From an uncultured Mycoplasmatota bacterium (lineage in GTDB: Bacteria > Bacillota_I > Bacilli_A > RF39 > UBA660): a stretch of DNA of 64,000 nucleotides. The DNA lies in contig CAOKET010000006.1 of NCBI GenBank assembly GCA_948467605.1, positions 1,255 through 65,254 on the forward strand, read 5' to 3'. This document shows, piece after piece, positions 40,032-49,777 of this stretch. Below the pieces are notes generated by a model, which saw nothing but the letters and a program-made list of their open reading frames with translations, did not search any database and had not been told where the DNA came from. Position 1 is the first letter of the stretch, and every line of letters begins with the position of its first letter. The position numbers and the translations under genes were made by a program.

Positions 40032-40790
40032 ATGTTACAAATAAATAACTTAACAGTAGAAATTGATAATAAAAAAATACTAGATAATTTTAATATAGAT
40101 ATAAAGCCAAATACAATACATGTAATAATGGGGCCAAATGGAGTTGGTAAATCTACTTTGTCAAAAGTGATAATGGGAGATAAAAATTATAATATTTTAT
40201 CTGGTAAAATAATTTTTAATAATGAAGAAATAAATTTAATACCTACATATGAAAGAGCAAGAAAAGGAATATTTTTGTGTTTTCAAAATCCTGTTGAAAT
40301 AGAGGGTGTAAGTAATAATGAAATGATAAGAACAGCACTAAACTCTAAATTAGATAAACATGTAGGAATATATGATTTTATAAAGCAAATAGAAAAGTCA
40401 TCTAAAGAGGTTAAATTAACTGATGAAATGTTAAAAAGAGGAGTTAATGTTGGTTTTTCAGGTGGCGAAAAAAAGAAGAATGAGGTATTACAATTAAAGA
40501 TTCTAAAACCAAAACTAATTATATTAGATGAAATAGATTCAGGACTTGATGTAGACAGTTTAAAAGTAGTTGGAGAAAATATAATGCAATACTACAATGA
40601 AGAAGATAATGTATCTATATTAATAATAACTCATTATCCAAGAATACTAAATTACTTAAAGCCAGATTATGTTCATGTGATGAAAGGCGGAAAACTAGTA
40701 AAAACAGGTGACATCACTCTTGCATATGATATAGAAAAATTAGGATATGATAGGGTAGATATAATAGAAAGTATTGATAAAAATGAATAA
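40032..40790 (+). CDS. sufC: Fe-S cluster assembly ATPase SufC
   Basis: Walker A GPNGVGKST, signature FSGGEKKKNE, Walker B LIILDEIDSGLD. Confidence 0.9.
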   Translation: MLQINNLTVEIDNKKILDNFNIDIKPNTIHVIMGPNGVGKSTLSKVIMGDKNYNILSGKIIFNNEEINLIPTYERARKGIFLCFQNPVEIEGVSNNEMIRTALNSKLDKHVGIYDFIKQIEKSSKEVKLTDEMLKRGVNVGFSGGEKKKNEVLQLKILKPKLIILDEIDSGLDVDSLKVVGENIMQYYNEEDNVSILIITHYPRILNYLKPDYVHVMKGGKLVKTGDITLAYDIEKLGYDRVDIIESIDKNE

Positions 40791-41448
40791 AATAACAGTA
40801 GATAAAAGTATAATAAATATAGATAAGAATCAAGAAATCAATACAAATGATTATAATTGTAATGAGTTAGTTTTTAATATAGGAGAAAATACTACAGTAT
40901 TTTTTATGGATATAAATACTAATATAAGAAAGTATATATTTAATTGTGGAGAAAATAGTAATATAGAGATAAATAAATTTAACAGTAACGACGTTTCTTA
41001 TAGTATAGATATAAATCTATATAAACGTGCAAGTTCTAAGTTAGTAATATCAACAGTTGCAACTAACAGCAATAATGTAGATATAAATGTATATCATAAG
41101 GAAGAAAATTCTTACAGTAAATGTATTAATAACGGAATAATTAAAAGTGGCTCTATTTTATATAATGTAAATGGTATTATTGAAAAAAACTCAATTAATT
41201 CAACTGTATTACAAGAAAGTAAAATAATAACTAAAGATGTTAAAAATGCAACTATAAAACCAATATTGATAATAAATGAAACACCAATTGAAGCAAATCA
41301 TTCAGCAAGTATTGGATATTATAATGAAAATGATTTATTTTACTTAGAATCAAGAGGAATTGAAAGAAAAACTGCAATTGAATTATTAAATAAAGGAATA
41401 TTAACAAGTAATTTTAAATATAAAGACAAAATAGAAAATCTTATTTAA
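40774..41448 (+). CDS. sufD: SufD-like Fe-S assembly protein, unusually short (224 aa)
   Basis: C-terminal LFYLESRGIERKTAIELL typical of SufB/D; about half the usual SufD length; overlaps the sufC stop. Confidence 0.55.
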   Translation: MIKMNKITVDKSIINIDKNQEINTNDYNCNELVFNIGENTTVFFMDINTNIRKYIFNCGENSNIEINKFNSNDVSYSIDINLYKRASSKLVISTVATNSNNVDINVYHKEENSYSKCINNGIIKSGSILYNVNGIIEKNSINSTVLQESKIITKDVKNATIKPILIINETPIEANHSASIGYYNENDLFYLESRGIERKTAIELLNKGILTSNFKYKDKIENLI

Positions 41449-41464
41449 GTGGAGGTGATGTAAA

Positions 41465-42661
41465 TTGAAAAGAGAAGATTTCCCTATGCTAAAGCAAGAT
41501 ATAGTGTATTTTGATAATGGTGCGACTACATTTAAACCATACTGTGTAATAGAAGCAATAAAAAAATATTATACAGAATATACTGCAAATTGTCATAGAG
41601 GGGATTATAAATTAAGTTTAAAAGTTGACAATGAATATGAACATGTAAGAGAATTAGTAAAAGAATTTATAAATGCAAAAAGAAGCGAGGAAATCATATT
41701 TACAAGTGGAGCGACCGATGGATTAAATAGAATAGTTTTTGGATTCTTTAAATACTACTTAAATCAAGATGATGAAATATTAATTGCAAAATCAGAACAT
41801 GCCTCTAATATATTACCATGGATGGAGTTATCTAGAACAAAAAAAGTTATTGTAAAGTATATTCCACTTGATGAAGATTATAAAATAACTTTAAAATCAG
41901 TAATTTCATCAATAACTAATAAAACTAAAGTTATATCACTAGCGCATATAACAAATGTAATAGGTGATGTAAGACCACTTAAAGAAATAATAGATTATGC
42001 ACATAAACTTGGAATAATTGTAGTTGTAGATGGTGCACAAGCAATTGGACACATGAAAGTAGATGTAAGTGAAATGGGTGCTGACTTCTATGTTTTTTCA
42101 GGACATAAAATGTATGGACCAACAGGCATAGGAGTATTATATGGAAAATATAACTTGCTAGATAAGATAGAACCACTATGTTATGGTGGTGGAATGAATG
42201 CAACATTTGATTCAACTGGAAAAGTACAATATAAAGAATTACCTTATGCCCTAGAAGCAGGAACTCCAAATATCGCAGGAGTAATTGGTTTAGGAGCAGC
42301 AGTTAGATACTTAAATGATATAGGTATGAATAAAATTCATGAATATGAAATAAATTTAAGAAAATATCTAGTAAATAAACTAAGTAATTTATCAAATATA
42401 GACATATATAATAAAAATAGTGAAGCAGGAATAGTTGCATTTAATGTACAAGATGTATTTAGTCAAGATACTGCAATTTACCTAGATAAACATAATATCT
42501 ATGTAAGAGCAGGAAACCACTGTGCAAAAATACTAAAAGAAGAACTAGGCGTAAAAAACACTTGTAGAATAGGTTTAGCATTCTATAATAATTATGAAGA
42601 TGTAGATAAGTTAATTAAAGCATTAAGTAATGAAAATTTAAGTAGAGATATTATATTTTAA
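41465..42661 (+). CDS. sufS: Cysteine desulfurase SufS (aminotransferase class V), TTG start
   Basis: REDFPMLKQ...VYFDNGATT N-terminus, SGHKMYGPTGIG PLP-lysine region, catalytic-Cys segment RAGNHCA; RBS gtggaggtga 7 nt upstream of TTG. Confidence 0.9.
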   Translation: MKREDFPMLKQDIVYFDNGATTFKPYCVIEAIKKYYTEYTANCHRGDYKLSLKVDNEYEHVRELVKEFINAKRSEEIIFTSGATDGLNRIVFGFFKYYLNQDDEILIAKSEHASNILPWMELSRTKKVIVKYIPLDEDYKITLKSVISSITNKTKVISLAHITNVIGDVRPLKEIIDYAHKLGIIVVVDGAQAIGHMKVDVSEMGADFYVFSGHKMYGPTGIGVLYGKYNLLDKIEPLCYGGGMNATFDSTGKVQYKELPYALEAGTPNIAGVIGLGAAVRYLNDIGMNKIHEYEINLRKYLVNKLSNLSNIDIYNKNSEAGIVAFNVQDVFSQDTAIYLDKHNIYVRAGNHCAKILKEELGVKNTCRIGLAFYNNYEDVDKLIKALSNENLSRDIIF

Positions 42662-42673
42662 GGAGTAAAATAC

Positions 42674-43105
42674 ATGGATCAAAATTTAAAAAGAGATATA
42701 ATACTAGATAATTATAATAATCCAAATAATAAGGGATTAGTAGATGATAATAAATATATTAAATTAAATATGAATAATACATCATGTATAGATGAATTAG
42801 ATATACAAATACTTTTCGATGATAAAAAAATAAAAGATATTAGATTTGAAGGAGAAGCATGTGCTATTTGTACCTCTTCTGCTTCTATTATGACAAAAGA
42901 ATTATCTGGAAAAACTATTAAAGAAGCAACTGAAATCGTCAACAACTTTGAAAAAATGATAGATGAAAAAGATTATGATAAAAACAAAATAGGAGAGGCA
43001 ATCGTATACGAAGATATAAGTAAACAACCAAATAGAAAAAAATGTGCACTTCTAGCATGGTGGGGTATAGAAAAAGGAATAAATGAACACAAGACACAGG
43101 ATTAG
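42674..43105 (+). CDS. sufU: SUF scaffold protein SufU (NifU-like)
   Basis: NPNNKG ... EGEACAICTSSASIMT ... KCALLAWW. Confidence 0.85.
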   Translation: MDQNLKRDIILDNYNNPNNKGLVDDNKYIKLNMNNTSCIDELDIQILFDDKKIKDIRFEGEACAICTSSASIMTKELSGKTIKEATEIVNNFEKMIDEKDYDKNKIGEAIVYEDISKQPNRKKCALLAWWGIEKGINEHKTQD

Positions 43106-43113
43106 GTGATAAT

Positions 43114-44433
43114 ATGGTAGAACTAAAAGGCATAACAAAAGAAACAGTAGAAAAAATGTCTGAGCTAAAATGTGAACCCGATTGGATGAGGCAATTTAGA
43201 TTAAAAAGTTTAGAGGCATTTTTTGAACTTAGTATGCCTAATTTTGGACCAGAATTAGATATAGATTTTGATGATATAATTTATTACAAAAGAACACAAG
43301 ATGCGATAGTTGATGATTGGAATAAAATAGATAAAGATGTAAAAGAAACATTTGATAATTTAGGTGTTATTGAAGCAGAAAAAAAATATTTGGGTGGTAT
43401 AGGAACTCAATATGAAAGTGAAGTAATATATCACAATATGTTACAAGAATTAAAGAATAAAAATGTTATATTTGTAAGTACTGATACTGCATTAAAAGAG
43501 TATCCTGAAATTTTTAAGAAATACTTCAATAAATTAGTCAACTATAAAGAAAATAAATTTACCGCATTAAATGGAGCAGTATGGAGTGGAGGAACATTCA
43601 TATATATTCCACCACATACTAAACTAGATAGACCTCTTCAAAGTTATTTTAGAATAAATAGTAGTAATATGGGGCAATTTGAAAGAACTATAATAGTAGT
43701 AGGTGAGGGTTCATCACTTCACTATATAGAAGGTTGTACCGCACCAACATACACATCATCATCTCTACATGCTGCAGTTGTAGAAATATATGTTGAAAAA
43801 AATGCAAAATGTAGATATACAACTATACAAAATTGGGCAAATAATGTATATAATTTAGTAACAAAAAGAGCAATTACTGAGGAAAATGCTTCAATGGAAT
43901 GGATAGATGGTAATATTGGTAGTAAAGTTACAATGAAATATCCATGTGTAGTATTAAAAGGTGATAATTCATCAGGTACTTGTATAACAATCGCAGCAGC
44001 AAATACTAATCAAACACAAGATACAGGTGCTAAAATGATACATATTGGTAAAAATACTAAAAGTAATATTATATCTAAATCAATCGCATCCAATAAGGGA
44101 AATGCAACATACCGTGGTAAAGTGCATGTAAAAAGAACATCACAAAATAGCATTTCTACAATAAAATGTGATACAATTTTATTAGATGATATTTCAAAAA
44201 GCGATACTATTCCAACTAATATTATTGAAAACGATACTTCAATCCTAGAACATGAAGCAACAATTTCAAAAATAAGTGAAGAAAAATTATTCTATCTTAT
44301 GAGTAGAGGAATAAACGAGACACTAGCAAAAGAATTAGTTGTAATGGGCTTTATTGATGAATTTAAAAAAGAATTACCAATGGAGTATGCGGTTGAATTA
44401 AACCAATTATTAAAGAGGTACATAGGTAAGTAG
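43114..44433 (+). CDS. sufB: Fe-S cluster assembly protein SufB
   Basis: 439 aa; SufB/D beta-helix core and C-terminal LFYLMSRGINETLAKELVVMGF. Confidence 0.9.
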   Translation: MVELKGITKETVEKMSELKCEPDWMRQFRLKSLEAFFELSMPNFGPELDIDFDDIIYYKRTQDAIVDDWNKIDKDVKETFDNLGVIEAEKKYLGGIGTQYESEVIYHNMLQELKNKNVIFVSTDTALKEYPEIFKKYFNKLVNYKENKFTALNGAVWSGGTFIYIPPHTKLDRPLQSYFRINSSNMGQFERTIIVVGEGSSLHYIEGCTAPTYTSSSLHAAVVEIYVEKNAKCRYTTIQNWANNVYNLVTKRAITEENASMEWIDGNIGSKVTMKYPCVVLKGDNSSGTCITIAAANTNQTQDTGAKMIHIGKNTKSNIISKSIASNKGNATYRGKVHVKRTSQNSISTIKCDTILLDDISKSDTIPTNIIENDTSILEHEATISKISEEKLFYLMSRGINETLAKELVVMGFIDEFKKELPMEYAVELNQLLKRYIGK

Positions 44434-44443
44434 GTGGTTGTTT

Positions 44444-45772
44444 ATGAGAATTTCTAAAAGAAATCTAATACTTGGAATAATAGCTATAATACTAATCATT
44501 ATTATATCTATTTTACTAATAAAACAGTTCAGCAAAGATGAAAAACCAGACATAAAAGTAGATGAAAAGAAACAAGATACATTGATATATAATACTAATG
44601 TAGAAGGTATTGCAAATATAAATAATATTTATATATATGGTATGCACCTTAATTTATCAGGTGAGGTTAATACTACTAGTGATATATCATCTATAGAATT
44701 AGTATTATTTAACAAGAGTGATAAAAAAAGATATAATTTAGAATATGAATACATTGATAATAAAGTAAAATTTTATCTATCAAATAAAATAAATGAAGGT
44801 ATTTATCTTGATGAAATACTTAAGGGTGAATATCAAGTATTATTAAAAATAACAAGTAGTGATGAAGTAATAAGGTATTATTCACTAAATAATAATACTG
44901 CATATTCGTATATGGATTACTATACAATTACAAGAAACGGTAAAAATAATTATATAGAAATAAGTACTTTATCAACACAAATGGTAATAAGAGTAACAGA
45001 AAAAACACTTCCAAAAGATGTATACGATATAACAATAGACCCAGGACATGGTGGAGATGATCCAGGTGCAGTTAAAAACGATATATACGAGTCATACATA
45101 AACCTAGAAGTTGCATTAAAATTAAAGAAAGAATTAGAAAACTTAGGATTAAAGGTAAAAATAACTAGAACAGGAGATTATAATCCAGGTAATATTGCTG
45201 GAATATCTCCATATGGTAAAGGTGGAAGAGTAGCAATTGGATACGAAACTAAATCAAAACTATTTCTATCAGTACATTCAAATAATTTACCACTATATCC
45301 GCAAAACAATGGAGTAGAAATATATACATCAACTAATAATAACAAACAATTAGCAAGTTTAATAGCAAGCAATATAGTAAAAGAAACCAAAATAAACTAT
45401 AGTTCAAAAAAACAAGATAAAGTTATGAATGGAGTATATGTTAGAAATTTCACTACTTCTGAAATTAATACATTTAAAAGAGAAGCAAAAGAAAATAATT
45501 ATAAATTCTACGAAACAATCAATACTAAAACCCAATACTATTATGTAATAAGAGAAACAGGTGGAATAATAACAGGGGCCTATGTTGATGGAAGAAATAA
45601 AGACTATAGTGCAAATTTATATTATAATTCAAATATCGGTTTAGATGGTTACTTAATAGAAATGGGATATATTACTAATTCAAATGATTTAAAAATATTA
45701 TTAAATAAGAAAAATCAGTACGCTATTGCTATAAAGAATGCAGTTAAAGAATATTTAAATATTACAAATTAA
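44444..45772 (+). CDS. N-acetylmuramoyl-L-alanine amidase (Amidase_3 family) with N-terminal TM anchor
   Basis: ITIDPGHGGDDPGAV and SVHSN zinc-amidase motifs; start chosen at MRISKRN after RBS taggtgg. Confidence 0.75.
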   Translation: MRISKRNLILGIIAIILIIIISILLIKQFSKDEKPDIKVDEKKQDTLIYNTNVEGIANINNIYIYGMHLNLSGEVNTTSDISSIELVLFNKSDKKRYNLEYEYIDNKVKFYLSNKINEGIYLDEILKGEYQVLLKITSSDEVIRYYSLNNNTAYSYMDYYTITRNGKNNYIEISTLSTQMVIRVTEKTLPKDVYDITIDPGHGGDDPGAVKNDIYESYINLEVALKLKKELENLGLKVKITRTGDYNPGNIAGISPYGKGGRVAIGYETKSKLFLSVHSNNLPLYPQNNGVEIYTSTNNNKQLASLIASNIVKETKINYSSKKQDKVMNGVYVRNFTTSEINTFKREAKENNYKFYETINTKTQYYYVIRETGGIITGAYVDGRNKDYSANLYYNSNIGLDGYLIEMGYITNSNDLKILLNKKNQYAIAIKNAVKEYLNITN

Positions 45773-45832
45773 GTATAATAGTTAAGCATTATATTCAGAA
45801 AATAAAATTTTGTTTAACAAATTTTAAAACTT

Positions 45833-45867
45833 GAACTTTTTACTATAACAGAAGTTCATTTTTTTTG
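45833..45867 (+). terminator. Rho-independent terminator after the amidase gene
   Basis: gaactt/aagttc stem followed by T8. Confidence 0.5.
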
Positions 45868-45921
45868 ATTTGTAAATAAATATTAGATAGTATATTATCG
45901 TATCTGAAAGGAGGAATTATT

Positions 45922-46254
45922 ATATTAAATCAAGCTGTATTAGTTGGAAGGTTAGTAAGGGATCCAGAACTACATGAAACAGAAAGTGGTAAAAAAGTTA
46001 CAAAGATAACACTAGCGGTACCTAGATCTTATAAAAATATAAATGGTGAATATGAAACTGACTTTATTGAATGTGTTCTATGGAGTGGAATAGCAGAATC
46101 AACTGTAGAATACTGTAATAGAGGCGATTTACTAGGTGTAAAGGGAAGAATCCAAACTAGAAATGTAGAATTAGAAGACCAAAGAAAAATATACACAGAA
46201 GTAATCGCAGAAAAAGTAACATTTTTATCAAGTAAAGCAAAAGAAACAGAGTAA
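45922..46254 (+). CDS. ssb: Single-stranded DNA-binding protein, short tail-less SsbB-like form, apparent ATA (or ATT) start codon; not in the ORF track
   Basis: (I)LNQAVLVGRLVRDPELHETESGKKV...TDFIECVLWSGIAE...LLGVKGRIQTRNVE is a canonical OB-fold SSB; no acidic C-terminal tail; RBS aaaggagg 7 nt upstream of ATA; no in-frame ATG/GTG/TTG before the conserved N-terminus. Confidence 0.7.
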   Translation: MLNQAVLVGRLVRDPELHETESGKKVTKITLAVPRSYKNINGEYETDFIECVLWSGIAESTVEYCNRGDLLGVKGRIQTRNVELEDQRKIYTEVIAEKVTFLSSKAKETE

Positions 46255-46268
46255 TTTCTGTTTTTTTA
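46240..46268 (+). terminator. Weak terminator-like hairpin after ssb
   Basis: aacaga/tctgtt stem followed by T7. Confidence 0.4.
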
Positions 46269-46281
46269 ATACAGGTGAAAT

Positions 46282-47184
46282 ATGAATTATTACAAAGAAA
46301 TAAAACAAGAATTAATAAATAATGAAATAGTAAAAAAGGCAAAAGATTATAGTAAAAATAGAAGTGATTTAAATACATACTATAATGTAGGTAAACTGCT
46401 TAGAGATGCAGGAAAAAATTATGGAGAAGGAATAATAAAAGAGTATTCAGTTAAACTTACACTTGAACTTGGAAAAGGTTATAGTATTTCAAATTTAAAG
46501 AACATGAGAAAATTTTATATTTTATTTTCAAAAAGCCAGACAGTGTCTGACCAATTGACATGGAGCCATTATACAAACCTTATAATTCTAAATGATATTG
46601 AAAAAATTAATTATTACATAGATATATGTATAAAATACAATCTATCATGTAGAGAATTAAGAACTAAGATTAAAAATAATGAATATGAAAGATTAGATGA
46701 AGAAACTAAAGAAAAGTTAGTAAATAATAAAAATAATGAAGTAATTGATTTTATAAAAAATCCAATATTAATAAAAAATAGTTTGAATTATACTGAAATA
46801 AGTGAGAAATTATTAAAAAAGTTAGTACTTGAAGATATAGACAATTTTCTAACTGAACTTGGTAATGGCTTTTGTTATATAAAAAATGAATATAAGATAA
46901 AAATAGGGGATAGATATAATTATATAGATTTACTTTTATATAATATAGAATTTAATTGTTATGTAGTTATTGAACTAAAAATAACAGAATTAAAAAAAGA
47001 ACACATAGGTCAAATACAAACATATATGAATTATATAGATAAAAATATAAAACAAATAAATCAAAATAAAACAATAGGCATAATAATATGTAAAAAGAAT
47101 AACAAATTTATAATGGAATACTGTAGTGATGAAAGGATTATAACAAGAGAATATGAATTAATAAATCATAGTATATTTAATTGA
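46282..47184 (+). CDS. DUF1016/YhcG-family PD-(D/E)XK nuclease (copy 2)
   Basis: Paralog of 21940..22827 with the same IDLLLYN...YVVIELKITELKKEHIGQIQTYMNY core. Confidence 0.6.
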   Translation: MNYYKEIKQELINNEIVKKAKDYSKNRSDLNTYYNVGKLLRDAGKNYGEGIIKEYSVKLTLELGKGYSISNLKNMRKFYILFSKSQTVSDQLTWSHYTNLIILNDIEKINYYIDICIKYNLSCRELRTKIKNNEYERLDEETKEKLVNNKNNEVIDFIKNPILIKNSLNYTEISEKLLKKLVLEDIDNFLTELGNGFCYIKNEYKIKIGDRYNYIDLLLYNIEFNCYVVIELKITELKKEHIGQIQTYMNYIDKNIKQINQNKTIGIIICKKNNKFIMEYCSDERIITREYELINHSIFN

Positions 47185-47518
47185 GATTGGTTGATATAAT
47201 ATAAATTGCTTTGTATAGGGGATTTTATATAATTTTATTATGTAGAGAAAAGAATATTAGGCAATTTAAAATATATTCGTTTATCAGTCAGACATTAAAG
47301 ATTTATTTGATGACAAAAAAATGGAGAAACTTATTGGGGATGTTCTAGTCCACATACTAAGTTTAATTTTAGGTTAACAACACTTTACCCCAATTTAACA
47401 GTTTTACCATCATATGAAGGACTATATTCTACTAAACAAGTAAAATCACTAAAAAATATTAAACACAACTAATAACCAGGTATTTAAAACCAGGTTTTAT
47501 TTTGGGCTTTAATCCCCT

Positions 47519-47737
47519 TTATTTTAACTCATACAATTCTTTAAAATATTCATAAAAGATATCATCGGGTTTTAAATTAAAAACTCTAGAGATATTAAAT
47601 GCCATATTATATGATAACCTCCTCTTCCCATGTTCTATTTGCCAATAAAAGGTCTTATTAATACCAAGTAATTTTGACATTTCATTATATGATAAACCGC
47701 ACTGCTCTCTTAAAATTTTTAATTTTTCCATAAACAA
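47519..47737 (-). CDS. XRE-family helix-turn-helix transcriptional regulator
   Basis: LREQCGLSYNEMSKLLGINKTFYWQIEHGKRRLS HTH_3 motif. Confidence 0.65.
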   Translation of the reverse strand: MFMEKLKILREQCGLSYNEMSKLLGINKTFYWQIEHGKRRLSYNMAFNISRVFNLKPDDIFYEYFKELYELK

Positions 47738-47813
47738 AACACCTCTAATTAAATTATATATTAAAAGCGAGTCTTTTTCAATAAAAACAGTTACGTTTTA
47801 GTTAACTTAAGTC

Positions 47814-47823
47814 TCTTGCAAGA
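47814..47823. promoter_or_regulatory. 10-bp perfect palindrome TCTTGCAAGA between divergent XRE genes (candidate operator)
   Basis: Seen directly in the 132-bp divergent intergenic region. Confidence 0.3.
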
Positions 47824-47869
47824 TTTAATTGGCTATAATAAAAATATATGAGTAAAAGGTGGAAGTAGT

Positions 47870-48214
47870 ATGATTTTAGGATTAAGAATAAAGGAGCTGA
47901 GGAAAAAGTTAGGTCTTACACAGCAAGAGTTAGGAGATTTAGTTAAAGTAACAAAAGTATCAATTTGTTGTTATGAAAATGGTACTAGAACTCCTAATTT
48001 AGATACATTATTAGATTTAGCCGATGTATTGGGAGTAGAGTTAAATTATTTAGTTGGTAGAGATAACCTTGTAGTAGCAGAAGGTAATCATTATTATATG
48101 TCAAAAGAAGAAGTAAAATTAATTCAAGAACTTAGAAATTCTCCTAATCTTTATGAAAAATTTATAAATGAAACAAAAAGAACAATATCTATAATGGAAC
48201 ATACTTTAAAATAG
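47870..48214 (+). CDS. XRE-family helix-turn-helix transcriptional regulator
   Basis: LRIKELRKKLGLTQQELGDLVKVTKVSICCYENGTRTPNLDTLLDLADVLGV. Confidence 0.7.
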   Translation: MILGLRIKELRKKLGLTQQELGDLVKVTKVSICCYENGTRTPNLDTLLDLADVLGVELNYLVGRDNLVVAEGNHYYMSKEEVKLIQELRNSPNLYEKFINETKRTISIMEHTLK

Positions 48215-48495
48215 TGTGTTTTTTGTTCTACACAAAATATATATTTATACATAAAATAATGTGTAAGACAATAGTGATTGGAGGTATTAATATAAAAAAA
48301 ATATTGACTAAGCGCGAAACAGAAGTATTTGAACTATTAATAAAAAATAAAACTACAAAAGAAATAGCAGAAGAGTTAAATATAAGTGAAAAAACAATTA
48401 GAAATCATATTTCTAATGCAATGCAAAAACTAGAAGTAAAGGGAAGAGCAAGTGCTGTTATCGAATTGCTTAGATTAGGTGAATTAAAATTATAG
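48214..48495 (+). CDS. gerE: GerE-like LuxR-family sporulation transcription regulator (the true start is probably internal, giving about 75 aa)
   Basis: LTKRETEVFELLIKNKTTKEIAEELNISEKTIRNHISNAMQKLEVKGRASAVIELLRLGELKL closely resembles Bacillus GerE. Confidence 0.65.
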   Translation: MCFLFYTKYIFIHKIMCKTIVIGGINIKKILTKRETEVFELLIKNKTTKEIAEELNISEKTIRNHISNAMQKLEVKGRASAVIELLRLGELKL

Positions 48496-48516
48496 TCGTT
48501 TTATACGACTTTTTTC
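48494..48516 (+). terminator. Rho-independent terminator after the gerE-like gene
   Basis: agtcgt-tttata-acgact stem followed by T6. Confidence 0.5.
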
Positions 48517-48557
48517 ATTATTTAATATTTTATTCATATTATTAAATAGGTGATAAC

Positions 48558-49517
48558 ATGTTAAAAAAAATATGCACAAGAAAATTAGTTATAACAACAC
48601 TTACTTTAGTACTATTATTAGTGATCTATTTAATACCAACACCAGGTAATATAAAAGATGTAGAAAAAAGAAGTGTACAGTATAATACAAATGCAAAATT
48701 ACATGAAGTGTTTCTACTAGATGATACTTCCTATATAGCACGTACTAATATACCAATAGGTGATATAGAAAGCATTGAAGATAAGTGTAAATACTTATTA
48801 GAGGTATTAACAATAGGTGGAAAAAAAGATAGTTTAATACCAAATGGTTTCACACCAATAATACCATCAGGAACAGAAATATTAAGTCTTAACTATGAAG
48901 ATGGAATTGTTAAAGTAAATTTCTCAGATACCTTACTTACAATAAATAAAGATTTAGAAGAAAAAATGATAGAGGCAATAACATACACATTAACTAGCAT
49001 AGAAGAAGTAAAGGGTGTAATAATATTTGTTAATGGTGAAGTACTTACAAGATTACCTCAAAGCAAAGTAACATTGCCTAGTGTTTTAAGTAGAGATTTT
49101 GGAATAAATAAAACATATGATATTCATTCATCTAGCGATATAAATAGTGTTGTTATATATTACTTAAATAAACACAATGATGATCTTTATTATGTGCCAG
49201 TTACATCATATACTAACGATAAAAGAGAAAAAATAAAAATTATAATAGATGAATTAGCAGCAGGACCTACATATGATAGTAATCTAATGAGTTTTGTAAA
49301 CTCTAATGCTAAGTTATTAGAATATGAAGAAACAGATAAAAGTATGAAATTAGTATTTAACACTTATATCCTAAGTGATGTAGATAGTAAAGATATTTTA
49401 GAGGAAGTAATATATTCAATTGCACTTTCAATAAGAGATAATTATGATGTAGAAGAAGTATCTATATATGTAGATGATCAAGAAATTTTAAAAAGTGTTA
49501 TTAAAGATATTGAATAA
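48558..49517 (+). CDS. gerM: GerM-like protein with two GerMN domains and an N-terminal TM/signal anchor
   Basis: Two repeats of the GerMN-like pattern (VKVNFSDTL...EAITYTLTSIEEVKGVIIFVNGE and MKLVFNTYIL...EVSIYVDDQEI). Confidence 0.5.
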   Translation: MLKKICTRKLVITTLTLVLLLVIYLIPTPGNIKDVEKRSVQYNTNAKLHEVFLLDDTSYIARTNIPIGDIESIEDKCKYLLEVLTIGGKKDSLIPNGFTPIIPSGTEILSLNYEDGIVKVNFSDTLLTINKDLEEKMIEAITYTLTSIEEVKGVIIFVNGEVLTRLPQSKVTLPSVLSRDFGINKTYDIHSSSDINSVVIYYLNKHNDDLYYVPVTSYTNDKREKIKIIIDELAAGPTYDSNLMSFVNSNAKLLEYEETDKSMKLVFNTYILSDVDSKDILEEVIYSIALSIRDNYDVEEVSIYVDDQEILKSVIKDIE

Positions 49518-49556
49518 TAAATAAAAATATTGTATAATGACTCTATCAGCTGTTTT

Positions 49557-49633
<77 letters not shown>

Positions 49634-49672
49634 ATTGATAAGTGCTTGGGACTACCAAGTAATAATATAAAA

Positions 49673-49699
49673 CATACTTGATAAAAGTATGTCTTTTTT
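49673..49699 (+). terminator. tRNA trailer terminator hairpin (acatacttgataaaagtatgt plus T6)
   Basis: Seen in sequence; near-identical hairpin at 56778. Confidence 0.5.
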
Positions 49700-49777
49700 G
49701 TTATTATAGATACGTAAATAAAACATATTGACTCTCCAGTTAACTGAAATGTTACAGTTATCTAGAAAGGAGGAAAA

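Noticed and set aside
46157-46378. 73-aa minus-strand ORF spanning the ssb / DUF1016 junction
   Set aside because: It overlaps two well-supported plus-strand genes and a terminator and is Leu/Phe-rich.
47185-49556. Possible prophage remnant suggested by the cI/cro-like XRE pair
   Set aside because: No integrase, terminase, capsid or tail genes are present. The neighbours are core sporulation genes (gerE-like, gerM-like), so a host regulatory pair is more likely.
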